Assembly: GCA_041650775.1 (NCBI GenBank)
Contig: JBAZKO010000002.1
Coordinates: 27,930-91,929, forward strand
Origin: Patescibacteria group bacterium
GTDB lineage: Bacteria; Patescibacteriota; Patescibacteriia; Patescibacteriales; UBA12465
DNA: 64,000 bases
Direction: 5' to 3'
Below are positions 37,309 through 46,286 of this stretch, one piece after another (position 1 is the first letter of the stretch; the number at the start of each line of letters is the position of its first letter). A program made the translations under genes and the position numbers. Below the pieces are notes generated by a model that did no database searches, had not been told where the DNA came from, and saw only the letters and a list, made by a program, of their open reading frames with translations.

Positions 37309-37332
37309 AAAAACCGCTTCGGCCGGATAAAT

Positions 37333-38913
37333 ATGGAAAGCGTCAAGACAAAAATATTATCTTCATTCTTAATAGTCATCGGGATATTATTTATCTTTAA
37401 TGTCGTCTTTTTTGTCGCTCATTCCCTCATAATCAAAAAATATCAGGATATCGCCGGCAATATGATATCGGAATATAAATTAGCCCAGCTCTCTTCCGAC
37501 CTGATAAAGGCTTACGCTTCCCTCACCAAACCCGATGAACACGAAATAATTTTAAATGAATATCAGGCGATTCGCCGGGAGATTACCGATACCCTGGCTA
37601 AGCTTGATTCGGCCATTATCAGTGAAAACAGCCTGGCCGTTTACGCGGAGGTAAAAAACGATATTAACGAGGTGATTTCCGAAAGCGACGAGGGGTTGGC
37701 TCTTTTCCTGAAAGGAGAAGTCTCTTTGGCCGAAACCCGAATCGCCTCCGCCCAGCAAAAAAATGATTCCGTCCGGGAAGATTCCATTAAACTCGTCATA
37801 GAAGAGTTAAAATATACCGAAAAATTGCAAGTGCAAACTGACCGGATTCAATTATTAACCACCCTGATCGGCGGATTAATTTTACTGCTTATCAGCGCCG
37901 GCTGTATTATCTATGCTCTGGCCTTTTCCAAAAAATTAATTTCGCCGCTCACCAGTCTGACAAAAGTGGCTAAGCTGATCGAGGCGGGTGATCTTAACGT
38001 GAGTGTCGACCAGAATCTGTTGCATGTTTTCCAAAATCGCGGCGACTTGCTCCAGGGAAACGATGAGATCTCCAGTCTGGCCAATTCTTTCAACACGATG
38101 CTGTTTCACTTGCGGAATAACATCCAAAAACTGCAAGAATACAACGAACAGCTCATTAAAACCCGCCAACAAGTAACTAGCGGGGAATTAAAAATCAGCC
38201 AGTTGAAAGAACTCGACCGAATGAAGAATGAGATTATGAATATCGCCACGCACGAACTTAAAACACCACTGGTTTCTATCGTCGGTTTATCGGATGTTAT
38301 GTTGCAACCCAATAGTTCCCTGTCGCCCGATTTCAAAAAATATGTTTCCATTATTCATGACGAAGGAACAAAACTGACCGAGCTTATCAGGCGGATGCTT
38401 AAAACCATAAAAAATGAGAGCGGGCAGAATAGCCGGTTGGAAGTAGTAAAGAAGAAATTTAATTTAAGCGAGCTGGTTTCTTCCTTGGGAACTCCCCTGA
38501 ATATCATGGCCAAAAGAACTAATTCGCAAGTGGCCGTTACGGTCGCGGTGCCAGGTATCAATATTGAAAGCGACCAGGAAAAAATTTCTCAGGTAATTTA
38601 TAATTTTGTCGACAACGCCATTAAATACGGGCCGAACAGCCAGACTATCCGGGTTACTCTGGATAAAGCGGATGATAAATTCGTAAAAATAGAAGTGAGT
38701 AACGACGGACCGGGAATACCGGAGGAAAAACAAAAAAAATTATTTTTGAAGTTCTCTCAGCTTGAACCGTCCTTATCAAGATCCCAGGATGGCATCGGTT
38801 TAGGATTATATATTTGTAAACAAAGTGTCGAAAGCTTGGGCGGAAAAATCGGAGTAAACAGCCAACCCGGAAAAGGCGTAACCTTTTATTTTACTTTGCC
38901 CCTGGAGTCTTAG
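37333..38913 (+). CDS. sensor histidine kinase (2 TM, helical ectodomain, HAMP, HisKA, HATPase_c)
   Basis: 526 aa. H-box IATHELKTPLVSIVG, N-box YNFVDNAIKYG and G-boxes DGPGIP / GLGLYI. Confidence 0.85.
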   Translation: MESVKTKILSSFLIVIGILFIFNVVFFVAHSLIIKKYQDIAGNMISEYKLAQLSSDLIKAYASLTKPDEHEIILNEYQAIRREITDTLAKLDSAIISENSLAVYAEVKNDINEVISESDEGLALFLKGEVSLAETRIASAQQKNDSVREDSIKLVIEELKYTEKLQVQTDRIQLLTTLIGGLILLLISAGCIIYALAFSKKLISPLTSLTKVAKLIEAGDLNVSVDQNLLHVFQNRGDLLQGNDEISSLANSFNTMLFHLRNNIQKLQEYNEQLIKTRQQVTSGELKISQLKELDRMKNEIMNIATHELKTPLVSIVGLSDVMLQPNSSLSPDFKKYVSIIHDEGTKLTELIRRMLKTIKNESGQNSRLEVVKKKFNLSELVSSLGTPLNIMAKRTNSQVAVTVAVPGINIESDQEKISQVIYNFVDNAIKYGPNSQTIRVTLDKADDKFVKIEVSNDGPGIPEEKQKKLFLKFSQLEPSLSRSQDGIGLGLYICKQSVESLGGKIGVNSQPGKGVTFYFTLPLES

Positions 38914-39559
38914 TTTTTTCCACCGCCGCTTTCAATGTTCGCGCGTCAGCCAGATAATAATGCCTAAACGGTTTTAATTTTTCATCCAATTCGTAAACCA
39001 AGGGCAATCCGGTCGGAATATTCAATTCCGCTACGGCCGAAGCCGACAATTTATCCAGATATTTAACCAACGCCCGCAGACTATTGCCGGAAGCGGAAAT
39101 AATAACCCGCTTCCCTTTTTTAATTTGCGGGCTTATTTTCTCCTTCCAATAAGGCACCACCCGCCTTTCCACATCCTGTAAGCTCTCGCCGGCCGGCGGC
39201 CGGGTTGTATATCCTCGCCGCCAAAGGAAAACTTGGCGCTCACCGTATTTTTCAATCATCGCCTGTTTGCTCCGTCCCTGTAAATCGCCATAACGCCTTT
39301 CATTCAGTCGCCAATCGTTTTTGATCGGAATATCGGTGAGTTTCAACTCCTTAAGAACGAGATCCAAGGTTTTAATCGCTCTTTTTAAACGCGAAGTAAA
39401 AGCGTAATCGAAGATAAAACCTTTCCTTTTTAAACTTTTCCCCGCCGAACGCGCCTCTTCCCGTCCGTGAGCGCTTAAATCGACGTCAGTCCAGCCAGTA
39501 AACAAGCCTTTTTTATTCCAGGTGCTTTCTCCGTGGCGCAGTAAGACGATTTTATACAT
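38891..39559 (-). CDS. gpmA: 2,3-bisphosphoglycerate-dependent phosphoglycerate mutase
   Basis: 222 aa. LLRHGESTWNKKGLFTGWTDVDLS (catalytic His), ERRYGDLQG and SGNSLRALVKYL. Confidence 0.9.
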   Translation of the reverse strand: MYKIVLLRHGESTWNKKGLFTGWTDVDLSAHGREEARSAGKSLKRKGFIFDYAFTSRLKRAIKTLDLVLKELKLTDIPIKNDWRLNERRYGDLQGRSKQAMIEKYGERQVFLWRRGYTTRPPAGESLQDVERRVVPYWKEKISPQIKKGKRVIISASGNSLRALVKYLDKLSASAVAELNIPTGLPLVYELDEKLKPFRHYYLADARTLKAAVEKTKTPGAK

Positions 39560-39714
39560 AAAAATAGTTTTATATAATTTTATTTCGTTTATTTTTATAT
39601 TATAACATAAATTGACGATAAAAGTTCAAAAGTGATAGTATGGTATAGTCCGACTCGGAGTTTATTCCTAATCATATAAATCAACAAATTAAGCGACAAT
39701 TCAAAAGAATCGGG

Positions 39715-41049
39715 GTGGAAACAGGTTTATTAAGCCTTAAATTCTTACATTTATTGGCGCAGATTCTACCCCGATTATTCCGGATTATTTCCGGATTTTT
39801 TAGTTTACTATTTAAAGGTCTTTTTTCTAAAATATTAGTAAAAATATACTATAATTACTTTCGTTTGAGAAAAAAGGGCTTATCAGGAAAAAATATCGGC
39901 GGTTTGGTAATTAACCAATGCCTCTATCTTTTTATCTTTATCCTTATCGGCTTCCTGTTTTTTTCCAATCTAACCAGCCAAAATAAAACCAGCGCCCTAG
40001 AGACCAGAATCTCCAAGACAGTAATGGCCAGCCTAGTTCCGGCGGAATTTGGCAGTCTCCCGGACGAAGAATTGATTGAAGAAACGGCGACGCCGGGAAA
40101 TATTTTGACCGCCGGCCAAGAAAAATATCTGGACAGCTCCTGCACTTTAGATAAACAAAGCGGCCTGATTACGGAAGAAAACACCGAGACGGAAGAATTT
40201 ATTTCTTTTAGCAACGAGGGCGACTCCGTTTTTAAACCGCGCTCGACGACCAGCGGCAACGCCGGCGATGTCGTCCCGCAACGCACGGAAATCAGCTATT
40301 ATACCGTTCAAAATGGCGATACTATCAGCACTATCGCCCGACGTTTTGGTCTGACCGTTAATACTGTTCTGTGGGCCAATAATTTAACGGCTTTCAGCCT
40401 GATTCGGCCGGGAGACAGCTTGACTATCCTGCCTTATAGCGGAATCATTTACACCGTTAAAACCGGCGACAACTTAAGCAAGATAGCGAATAAATACGGA
40501 ATAGACGGCGATAAGATTGCAAGTTGCAATGATTTAAGCGCCGGTTTGAAGGCCGGACAAAAAATTATCTTGCCGGGAGCGAAAAAGATTACCGAGGCAA
40601 CCGCAGTCGCCAAAACCAGCAACAATTATACCGGTTTGTCAGCCATTCGCGATTTGATAAAAGCGCCGGCGGCGAAAACCAGCGGTAATAAAATGTCCTG
40701 GCCGACGGTTGGTTACCGAATCACCCAATATTTCTCTTGGCGGCATAACGGCGTCGATATCGGAAACAAAATCGGAACGGCTATTTATGCCGCCGATTCC
40801 GGCGTCGTAGAAATCGCCCAAGGCGGCTGGAACGGCGGTTACGGCAATACGATTGTCATTAACCACGGCGGCGGCAAAAAAACCCGCTATGGACATCTTT
40901 CTAAACTTTTTGTTAAAGTGGGAGATGAGGTGGGGAAAGGAGAAAATATCGGCGCGATGGGTTCGACCGGACGTTCCACCGGGCCGCATCTGCATTTCGA
41001 AGTATTGATTAACGGAACAAGATATAATCCTCTTAATTACGTAAAATAA
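39715..41049 (+). CDS. LysM-domain M23 (lysostaphin-type) peptidoglycan endopeptidase
   Basis: N-terminal TM region. Two LysM repeats ([30 protein letters not shown]; [29 protein letters not shown]). M23 motifs HNGVDI and [15 protein letters not shown]. The exact start is uncertain; the listed ORF begins at a GTG. Confidence 0.85.
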   Translation: METGLLSLKFLHLLAQILPRLFRIISGFFSLLFKGLFSKILVKIYYNYFRLRKKGLSGKNIGGLVINQCLYLFIFILIGFLFFSNLTSQNKTSALETRISKTVMASLVPAEFGSLPDEELIEETATPGNILTAGQEKYLDSSCTLDKQSGLITEENTETEEFISFSNEGDSVFKPRSTTSGNAGDVVPQRTEISYYTVQNGDTISTIARRFGLTVNTVLWANNLTAFSLIRPGDSLTILPYSGIIYTVKTGDNLSKIANKYGIDGDKIASCNDLSAGLKAGQKIILPGAKKITEATAVAKTSNNYTGLSAIRDLIKAPAAKTSGNKMSWPTVGYRITQYFSWRHNGVDIGNKIGTAIYAADSGVVEIAQGGWNGGYGNTIVINHGGGKKTRYGHLSKLFVKVGDEVGKGENIGAMGSTGRSTGPHLHFEVLINGTRYNPLNYVK

Positions 41050-41053
41050 AGCT

Positions 41054-41302
41054 ATGTCCATTTTCATCGGCTTGTTAATTCTGGTTGGCGGCGCCTTCCT
41101 GACCGTCCGGACGGAATGGATGGTGAATAATTTCGGACGAATCGCCTGGTTCGAAGAAAAATTGGGGAGTGAAGGCGGATCACGTTTGGGTTATAAATTA
41201 ATCGGCCTAATCGGAATTTTTATCGGTATCGTGGTTATGACCGGCAGTGGCGATGATTTGATGCGCTGGCTTTTAGGGCCAATTTTAAAATATAACCAAT
41301 AA
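41054..41302 (+). CDS. small 2-TM membrane protein (hypothetical)
   Basis: 82 aa with two hydrophobic helices. It starts 4 nt after the upstream stop. Confidence 0.45.
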   Translation: MSIFIGLLILVGGAFLTVRTEWMVNNFGRIAWFEEKLGSEGGSRLGYKLIGLIGIFIGIVVMTGSGDDLMRWLLGPILKYNQ

Positions 41303-41306
41303 AAAA

Positions 41307-41380
41307 GGGCCCTTAGCTCAGCTGGCTAGAGCGCCTGCTTTGCAAGCAGGAAGTCATCGGTTCAAATCCGATAGGGTCCA
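41307..41380 (+). tRNA. tRNA-Ala (UGC)
   Basis: Hand-folded cloverleaf. Acceptor gggccct/agggtcc with G3:U70. Anticodon stem cctgc/gcagg with loop tttgcaa. T-arm atcgg-ttcaaat-ccgat. No encoded CCA. Confidence 0.95.
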
Positions 41381-41388
41381 CTAAAAAA

Positions 41389-41418
41389 TAGCTCCGTGAA
41401 TGCGGAGCTATTTTATTT
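41389..41418. terminator. bidirectional rho-independent terminator (tRNA-Ala / convergent kinase gene)
   Basis: tagctccg (41389-41396) pairs with cggagcta (41403-41410) around a 6-nt loop. The stem is flanked by aaaaaa upstream and ttttattt downstream. Confidence 0.7.
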
Positions 41419-41441
41419 AAACAAAAATCCCTAAGACACTT

Positions 41442-43523
41442 TTACTCAATCGGCAGGGAAAAATTAAAAACTGCGCCTGACTCATTATTTTCTTCAAACC
41501 AAATTCGCCCGCCGTGCAATTCGATGAAAGCCCGAGCGATAAAAAGGCTAAGCCCGAAACCGTTCGGCGATATCTTTTTCGCCTCTTCGCCGCGAAAAAA
41601 TTTTTGAAAAACAAATTTTTTATTCTCGTTCGGAATACCGATTCCTGGATTCTTAATGGAAAACAAAAATTCCGGCGGAACGGATTTTTTAATCGCGGCG
41701 CTGGAAATCTCCACTCGGGAACCGGCCGGAGAATATTCCAAGGCGTTAGTCAAAAGAGCTTCCACTACGCCCAAAATTTTATGCCGATCTAATTTTAAAA
41801 TTCCTTTGAACGTTAATTTCTTAATAATCTTAATATTCCGGGCTTTGATATTACCCTTTAAAGACGCTAAAACTTCCTTTAAAATATCCTGCTCAAAATC
41901 AACTCGATCATATCTTAATGTTATTTTTTTCTCTTCGATTTCTAGAGCCAGCATTAAGTTATTCAAACCGCGATTGAGATCCATCAGCGCCTTGTAAGTA
42001 TCTTTGGTAATATTTTTCACTTTCGGCGCCAAATGACCGAAAGCGCCTTCAAGAATCAACTCAAAATTCCAGCGAGCGACTGAAAGCGGAGTGCGAAGCT
42101 GATGGGAAACGACGGTGATAAATTCCGATTTCAGATCGTCCAGTTGAATCAACTGTTCGACACTTAAAGCATTGCTAATCGCCACCGCCGCTGACGGCGC
42201 GAAAACCTCAAATAAACGAATATCCCGATTGGAGTAGGGGTTCCCCGACTTTTTCTCGCCAAAAATCAGAATGTCGTCATGTTCCTCTCTAGTTCGCAGG
42301 GGAACGATTAACCGTATCCCCGACTTACGCATAATTTTCTTCAAAGCGTTCTCCGGTAATTCATCAAAAACAGTGGCTACGGCCGGCTTGATAAGCTCCC
42401 TTAAATCCCCATCAGCAAAACTGGGCGGCGAATCATATTTTTCGCAAATCAAATGAGATACTTTTCCATTGTCCACCAGAACGAAAGCGCCCCGGCTGAT
42501 ATTCATGTCCGTTAAAATCTTAAACAATAATTTCCGGCTCAGATCGTTGAGACGCAGGCTGGAAGAGGCGATTAAGGCCAAATTATAAAGCAGGCGGTTA
42601 GCGTCGTAATGATGCTGATAAAAAATCCGATTGGTAATTTTTTCGAAGAAAGACCGCAGAGGCTGGAAAGAAAAAGCGATAATCAGCACTAAAACCGTAG
42701 AAGTCAGGATATCGGTCTTAAAAACGAATCCGCTATGCAAAAATAGGCCCGCCAAAAAGAAACCGAGACTACAAATGACTCCGAGCGTTAAGACCAAAAC
42801 AGAATAGCTGATAGAGCGCGCCACCACCAGACGAATATCCATCAGTCGATGCCTGATAATGGAATAGGCGACGGCGATGCTAAAAATAAAACTAACCGTG
42901 GCGCTGATAAAAAAATAACGGGTGTCGTTAAAAAAAATCGGAATTATCACGTCCGGAATCTGAACGCTGATGGCCAAAATTATAAAGGAAACAAAAAAAT
43001 ATTGTAATTGCAATTTTTGTAAACCGGAGGCGTGGCGGCATTTGATGATAAAATTAACAAATATCCAAATCATGTTTACCCAGAGGAGAGCCAACCACCA
43101 AAAATAACCTTCTCCCCAAATAGTCTGCAGGCCTTTCCGGGGATCAACAACCACGTCAATTATCCAGAGCGGCGTAAAATACAAAAGCCAAGCCGTCAGC
43201 ACCAAGAAAATAAAGGAAAAAATACCGCCCCAAACCCAGGCGCGGCGATGGATAGCTGAAGGAAAAACAAAAGAAAAGGCGAGAATGGCGACCACGTATA
43301 AAGAAGCGGCCAAATAAGTCGCCTTAATCCAAAAAAGACTGGAGAAGATAACGGGAAACTGATAAAAAATAAGGGCAAGGCCCCAACACCCTAAAAATAT
43401 ACTAGCCAATAAAAAAACAATATTAATCTTATTCCGGGGATTGTTTTTTAAAACCACCGTCCCGATAAAAAAATTAGCTAGTGAAGCCAAGGCGATTACG
43501 CCTATTTTAATATATTCTAGCAT
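41442..43523 (-). CDS. sensor histidine kinase with large polytopic N-terminal membrane domain
   Basis: 693 aa. About 8 TM helices in the first ~290 aa, then a GAF/PAS-like linker. H-box VVSHQLRTPLSVARW, N-box LLTNALEYS and G-box GFGLSLFIA. Confidence 0.85.
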   Translation of the reverse strand: MLEYIKIGVIALASLANFFIGTVVLKNNPRNKINIVFLLASIFLGCWGLALIFYQFPVIFSSLFWIKATYLAASLYVVAILAFSFVFPSAIHRRAWVWGGIFSFIFLVLTAWLLYFTPLWIIDVVVDPRKGLQTIWGEGYFWWLALLWVNMIWIFVNFIIKCRHASGLQKLQLQYFFVSFIILAISVQIPDVIIPIFFNDTRYFFISATVSFIFSIAVAYSIIRHRLMDIRLVVARSISYSVLVLTLGVICSLGFFLAGLFLHSGFVFKTDILTSTVLVLIIAFSFQPLRSFFEKITNRIFYQHHYDANRLLYNLALIASSSLRLNDLSRKLLFKILTDMNISRGAFVLVDNGKVSHLICEKYDSPPSFADGDLRELIKPAVATVFDELPENALKKIMRKSGIRLIVPLRTREEHDDILIFGEKKSGNPYSNRDIRLFEVFAPSAAVAISNALSVEQLIQLDDLKSEFITVVSHQLRTPLSVARWNFELILEGAFGHLAPKVKNITKDTYKALMDLNRGLNNLMLALEIEEKKITLRYDRVDFEQDILKEVLASLKGNIKARNIKIIKKLTFKGILKLDRHKILGVVEALLTNALEYSPAGSRVEISSAAIKKSVPPEFLFSIKNPGIGIPNENKKFVFQKFFRGEEAKKISPNGFGLSLFIARAFIELHGGRIWFEENNESGAVFNFSLPIE

Positions 43524-43550
43524 TAGAGATAGAACTTAGTTATTATATTA

Positions 43551-43560
43551 ATTATAGCAC
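43551..43560 (-). promoter_or_regulatory. extended -10 promoter (TGcTATAAT) for the 41442..43523 kinase
   Basis: The minus strand reads gTGcTATAAT (43560-43551), about 28 nt upstream of the ATG at 43523. Confidence 0.5.
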
Positions 43561-43569
43561 AAAATAAAT

Positions 43570-43607
43570 TTAAAATAAAAAATGCGCGGTGTTTATAGCC
43601 GCGCATT
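43570..43607 (-). terminator. rho-independent terminator
   Basis: aatgcgcgg (43581-43589) pairs with ccgcgcatt (43599-43607), 9 bp. The minus strand continues ttttttatttt. It lies 19 nt after the TAG stop at 43626. Confidence 0.75.
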
Positions 43608-43625
43608 ATCCTCCCGATTAAATTT

Positions 43626-44795
43626 CTATTCTTTTCTAAATACTACCCCGATAACCTCAGGAAAATTAACGGCCAGATTACCCTTCTTAAAGTGTTCGCT
43701 GGTGACGATCAAATCGACTTCTTCTCCTTTGTCCCAAGCCCATTCCGCCATATCCTTGAATCGCTTGGACATTTCCGGATTAGTTGCTTGCCATACCTGC
43801 GCTTGGTATGTCAGAACGGAAGCTAAAGTAACGACGACATAGCGCATCCCGATAAGGATATCACTTTTATAATCGATTTTCTGAGACGTCAGATTAATCT
43901 CTAAACCCGGCTGAATAACCAGATCCTTGGCAAACTTTAAAATATCACCAATAAACTCATCCCGGTCGTTCCAGGCATGTCCGCCGTTAGGACCCCAGCC
44001 TAAATTCAAAAAACTCAAACTGTTGCCGGTGCCGTCACCTTGGAAATAATCCTGTACCGTTTTCTTCATTTTTTTGGTCAACGGATCATTTTCGCCGCTG
44101 GTAAAACCCAACTGGCCAAGCATCATTTCATTAACTTTCGCCAATCCTCCCCTATTTAACGAAGCTGGCATCGCCCGGCAAAAATCGCCGAAGTCATCCC
44201 CTCTTAAATGTTGGATAAGAAACTGCGATTCAATGAAATCGAAGCCCCCGCTTTGTGCCGCCACCTCCGGCAAAGTCTTAGCGGCGTTACCCGGATGAAA
44301 AAAAATTTTCCGGTCGAATGTTTCCGCCAGCCCGATTTCTTCCAAAAAACGCTTAGCATCATTGATTTTAGTCGGCAACTCGAAAATATGAATTTCCGTT
44401 TCTTCCGGCAACAAATAAAAAGCGCTGATCACCTGGTCGGCGGTCGTTCCCGAACCGACATTAGCATACCTTTTAATGTTAATCCCGGATAATTCTATCT
44501 GCCATTGCAATTGTTCCGCGTGCCAATCGCTGAAACTATAAGAACCGCGATTATTCATATCAAACTGTCGCACTCTTTCCAGCAGACCGTCGCTGAAAAC
44601 GTAATCAGTATTAAGCACCCGGTCTTCACCCGCCCCCCGGATACGATAAAAAGATTTAATAAGTTCATCATGTACTGCCGGGTCTAGGCTAATAACGATT
44701 TCTTTATCCGAAAATGGTAATTTGATACTATCCCAGGCCCAAGGTCGACGCTGGCCGGGAATAAAATTTCTTAGCATTTCTTCTTTCTTTTTCAT
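43626..44795 (-). CDS. hypothetical protein with class I SAM-methyltransferase-like motifs
   Basis: 389 aa. YANVGSGTT (motif I-like), IHIFEL (acidic end of beta2) and FDFIESQFLIQHL (motif IV/V-like). This is a by-eye call with no search. Confidence 0.4.
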   Translation of the reverse strand: MKKKEEMLRNFIPGQRRPWAWDSIKLPFSDKEIVISLDPAVHDELIKSFYRIRGAGEDRVLNTDYVFSDGLLERVRQFDMNNRGSYSFSDWHAEQLQWQIELSGINIKRYANVGSGTTADQVISAFYLLPEETEIHIFELPTKINDAKRFLEEIGLAETFDRKIFFHPGNAAKTLPEVAAQSGGFDFIESQFLIQHLRGDDFGDFCRAMPASLNRGGLAKVNEMMLGQLGFTSGENDPLTKKMKKTVQDYFQGDGTGNSLSFLNLGWGPNGGHAWNDRDEFIGDILKFAKDLVIQPGLEINLTSQKIDYKSDILIGMRYVVVTLASVLTYQAQVWQATNPEMSKRFKDMAEWAWDKGEEVDLIVTSEHFKKGNLAVNFPEVIGVVFRKE

Positions 44796-44882
44796 TACGA
44801 TCTCTCCTATATTTATCGATTAATAATAAAAAACACTCTTGTAAAAAGTGATTCCCTTTTTCTTATTTTATAAAAGGACAAT

Positions 44883-44910
44883 AAAAGGGTAGGAATTAAC
44901 CCGCCCTTTT
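44883..44910 (-). terminator. probable rho-independent terminator at end of the 7-gene sensory operon
   Basis: aaaagggtagg (44883-44893) pairs with cccgccctttt (44900-44910), with one G-U and one mismatch. It lies 27 nt after the stop at 44937. Confidence 0.45.
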
Positions 44911-44936
44911 ACCGTACTTCCATAAAAAATTGCTAT

Positions 44937-45338
44937 TTAAAGAAATTTTCTGACTTTTTCGACGATTTCGTTAATCTTAACATTAGCCTTAACGACGTAA
45001 TCGACTACTCCCATAGCCTTGCCGCGTTCGATATCGTTAGTCTGGCCCAGATTGCTTAAGATGATAACTGGCACTTCCTTCCATTTTTCATTTTTCCGGA
45101 TCTCTTCCAAAACCGTAAAGCCGCTGATACCCGGCAACATTAAATCCAGAAGAACGACGCCCGGTGGTTCCTTATCCAAAAAGGCCAAAGCCTCCCGACC
45201 GTCGAACGCCACCTGCGCGTCTATTCCTTCTTTTTTAAATTTAATCTGATAAGCCTGAACCAAAAGAACATCATCTTCAATGATTAAAACGCTTTTCTTC
45301 TGGCCGTCTTCTTTTTTATTCAATTTGCTAGCAGGCAT
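44937..45338 (-). CDS. stand-alone response regulator receiver (REC-C)
   Basis: 133 aa. IIEDD, VVLLDLMLPG, ILSNL and DYVVKA. No output domain. Confidence 0.85.
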   Translation of the reverse strand: MPASKLNKKEDGQKKSVLIIEDDVLLVQAYQIKFKKEGIDAQVAFDGREALAFLDKEPPGVVLLDLMLPGISGFTVLEEIRKNEKWKEVPVIILSNLGQTNDIERGKAMGVVDYVVKANVKINEIVEKVRKFL

Positions 45339-45389
45339 AATAATGACGTCTTAATTATTTTTTTAAGCGGTTATTTTATGGCTATTTTT

Positions 45390-45794
45390 TTAAACTTTAG
45401 CCAAATCTTTTAAAATATTTTTCACTTTTTTAACGGCATTCTCTATAGTATATTCACTTTTCACCAAGTAGTCAATAACACCCAACGCAAAGGCTTGCTT
45501 GATTTTTTCCTGACCGCTGGAAACGCTCAGGACGATAACCGGTAATTTTTCCGTCGCGGCGGTGGCGCGCACCCGGCGTAAAAATTCCAGACCGTTCATC
45601 CCCGGCAATAAGATATCCAACCAAATCAAATCGGGTTTAATTTTTTTTAAAATATCCAATCCTTCCTCGCCGCTCCCGACCGTGAAAACTTTTACGCCCT
45701 CTTTTTCCAATTTTAATTTGGCCGCTTCCTGCAAAGCGACTTCATCTTCCACGATTAGGACCGTCTTTTTAATTTCGTTTTTAATTTCGTTCAT
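45390..45794 (-). CDS. stand-alone response regulator receiver (REC-B)
   Basis: Start moved to the ATG at 45794 (MNEIKNEIKKTVLIVEDE...). The listed 183-aa ORF adds 49 codons that overlap the upstream gene. Motifs are LIWLDILLPG, VLSVS and DYLVKS. Confidence 0.85.
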   Translation of the reverse strand: MNEIKNEIKKTVLIVEDEVALQEAAKLKLEKEGVKVFTVGSGEEGLDILKKIKPDLIWLDILLPGMNGLEFLRRVRATAATEKLPVIVLSVSSGQEKIKQAFALGVIDYLVKSEYTIENAVKKVKNILKDLAKV

Positions 45795-46212
45795 ATGATT
45801 GGCCGCTGGGGCTTTTAACGATGAATCCTCTGATTCTTTTAATAATATCATCGAGTTTATAATGACTTTTAACCAAATAATCGAAGACATTAAGTTCGAA
45901 AGCGCGCCGGATCTTTTCCGGGCTGGCCGAAACCGAAACAATCACCACCGGCAAATCGCGGTAAGCGGGATTCTGGCGGATTTTCTCCAAAAAAGCAAAG
46001 CCGCCCATGCCCGGCATTAAAAGGTCAAGCCAAATTAAATCCGGTTTTTCTTTTTCCAATATCGTCAAGGCCTCTTCGGCGGTGGTGGCTGGCAGATAAC
46101 GGAATCTTTCGCGTTGTAATTTAAGCTTAATGGCGTCCTGAAGCGGCGCTTCATCTTCTACCACTAAAATCGTCTTTTTGACGGGTATTTTCTTCTTGAT
46201 TTCGCTAGTCAT
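45781..46212 (-). CDS. stand-alone response regulator receiver (REC-A)
   Basis: 143 aa. VVEDE, LIWLDLLMPG, IVSVS and DYLVKS. It is a close paralog of REC-B. Confidence 0.85.
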   Translation of the reverse strand: MTSEIKKKIPVKKTILVVEDEAPLQDAIKLKLQRERFRYLPATTAEEALTILEKEKPDLIWLDLLMPGMGGFAFLEKIRQNPAYRDLPVVIVSVSASPEKIRRAFELNVFDYLVKSHYKLDDIIKRIRGFIVKSPSGQSYERN

Positions 46213-46286
46213 ATTTTAATTATACTCAATACTTATAAACTAGGCAATAAATAAAACTCGGGAAATTAAGTCGAGCGGCCGCGAAT

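Noticed and set aside
38891-38913. 23-nt convergent overlap of the 3' ends of the histidine kinase (plus strand) and gpmA (minus strand).
   Set aside because: Both stops are fixed by the reading frames, so the overlap is real. In a compact genome this is most simply explained by gene packing. I see no structure or motif that suggests antisense regulation.
45795-45941. 49-codon N-terminal extension of the middle receiver (listed 45390..45941). There are similar listed extensions for murD (55437), murI (56653), yebC (35791) and the APH-fold kinase (31888).
   Set aside because: The extensions overlap the preceding gene in another frame and precede canonical family N-termini. Internal ATGs give standard-length proteins with short or coupling-type overlaps.
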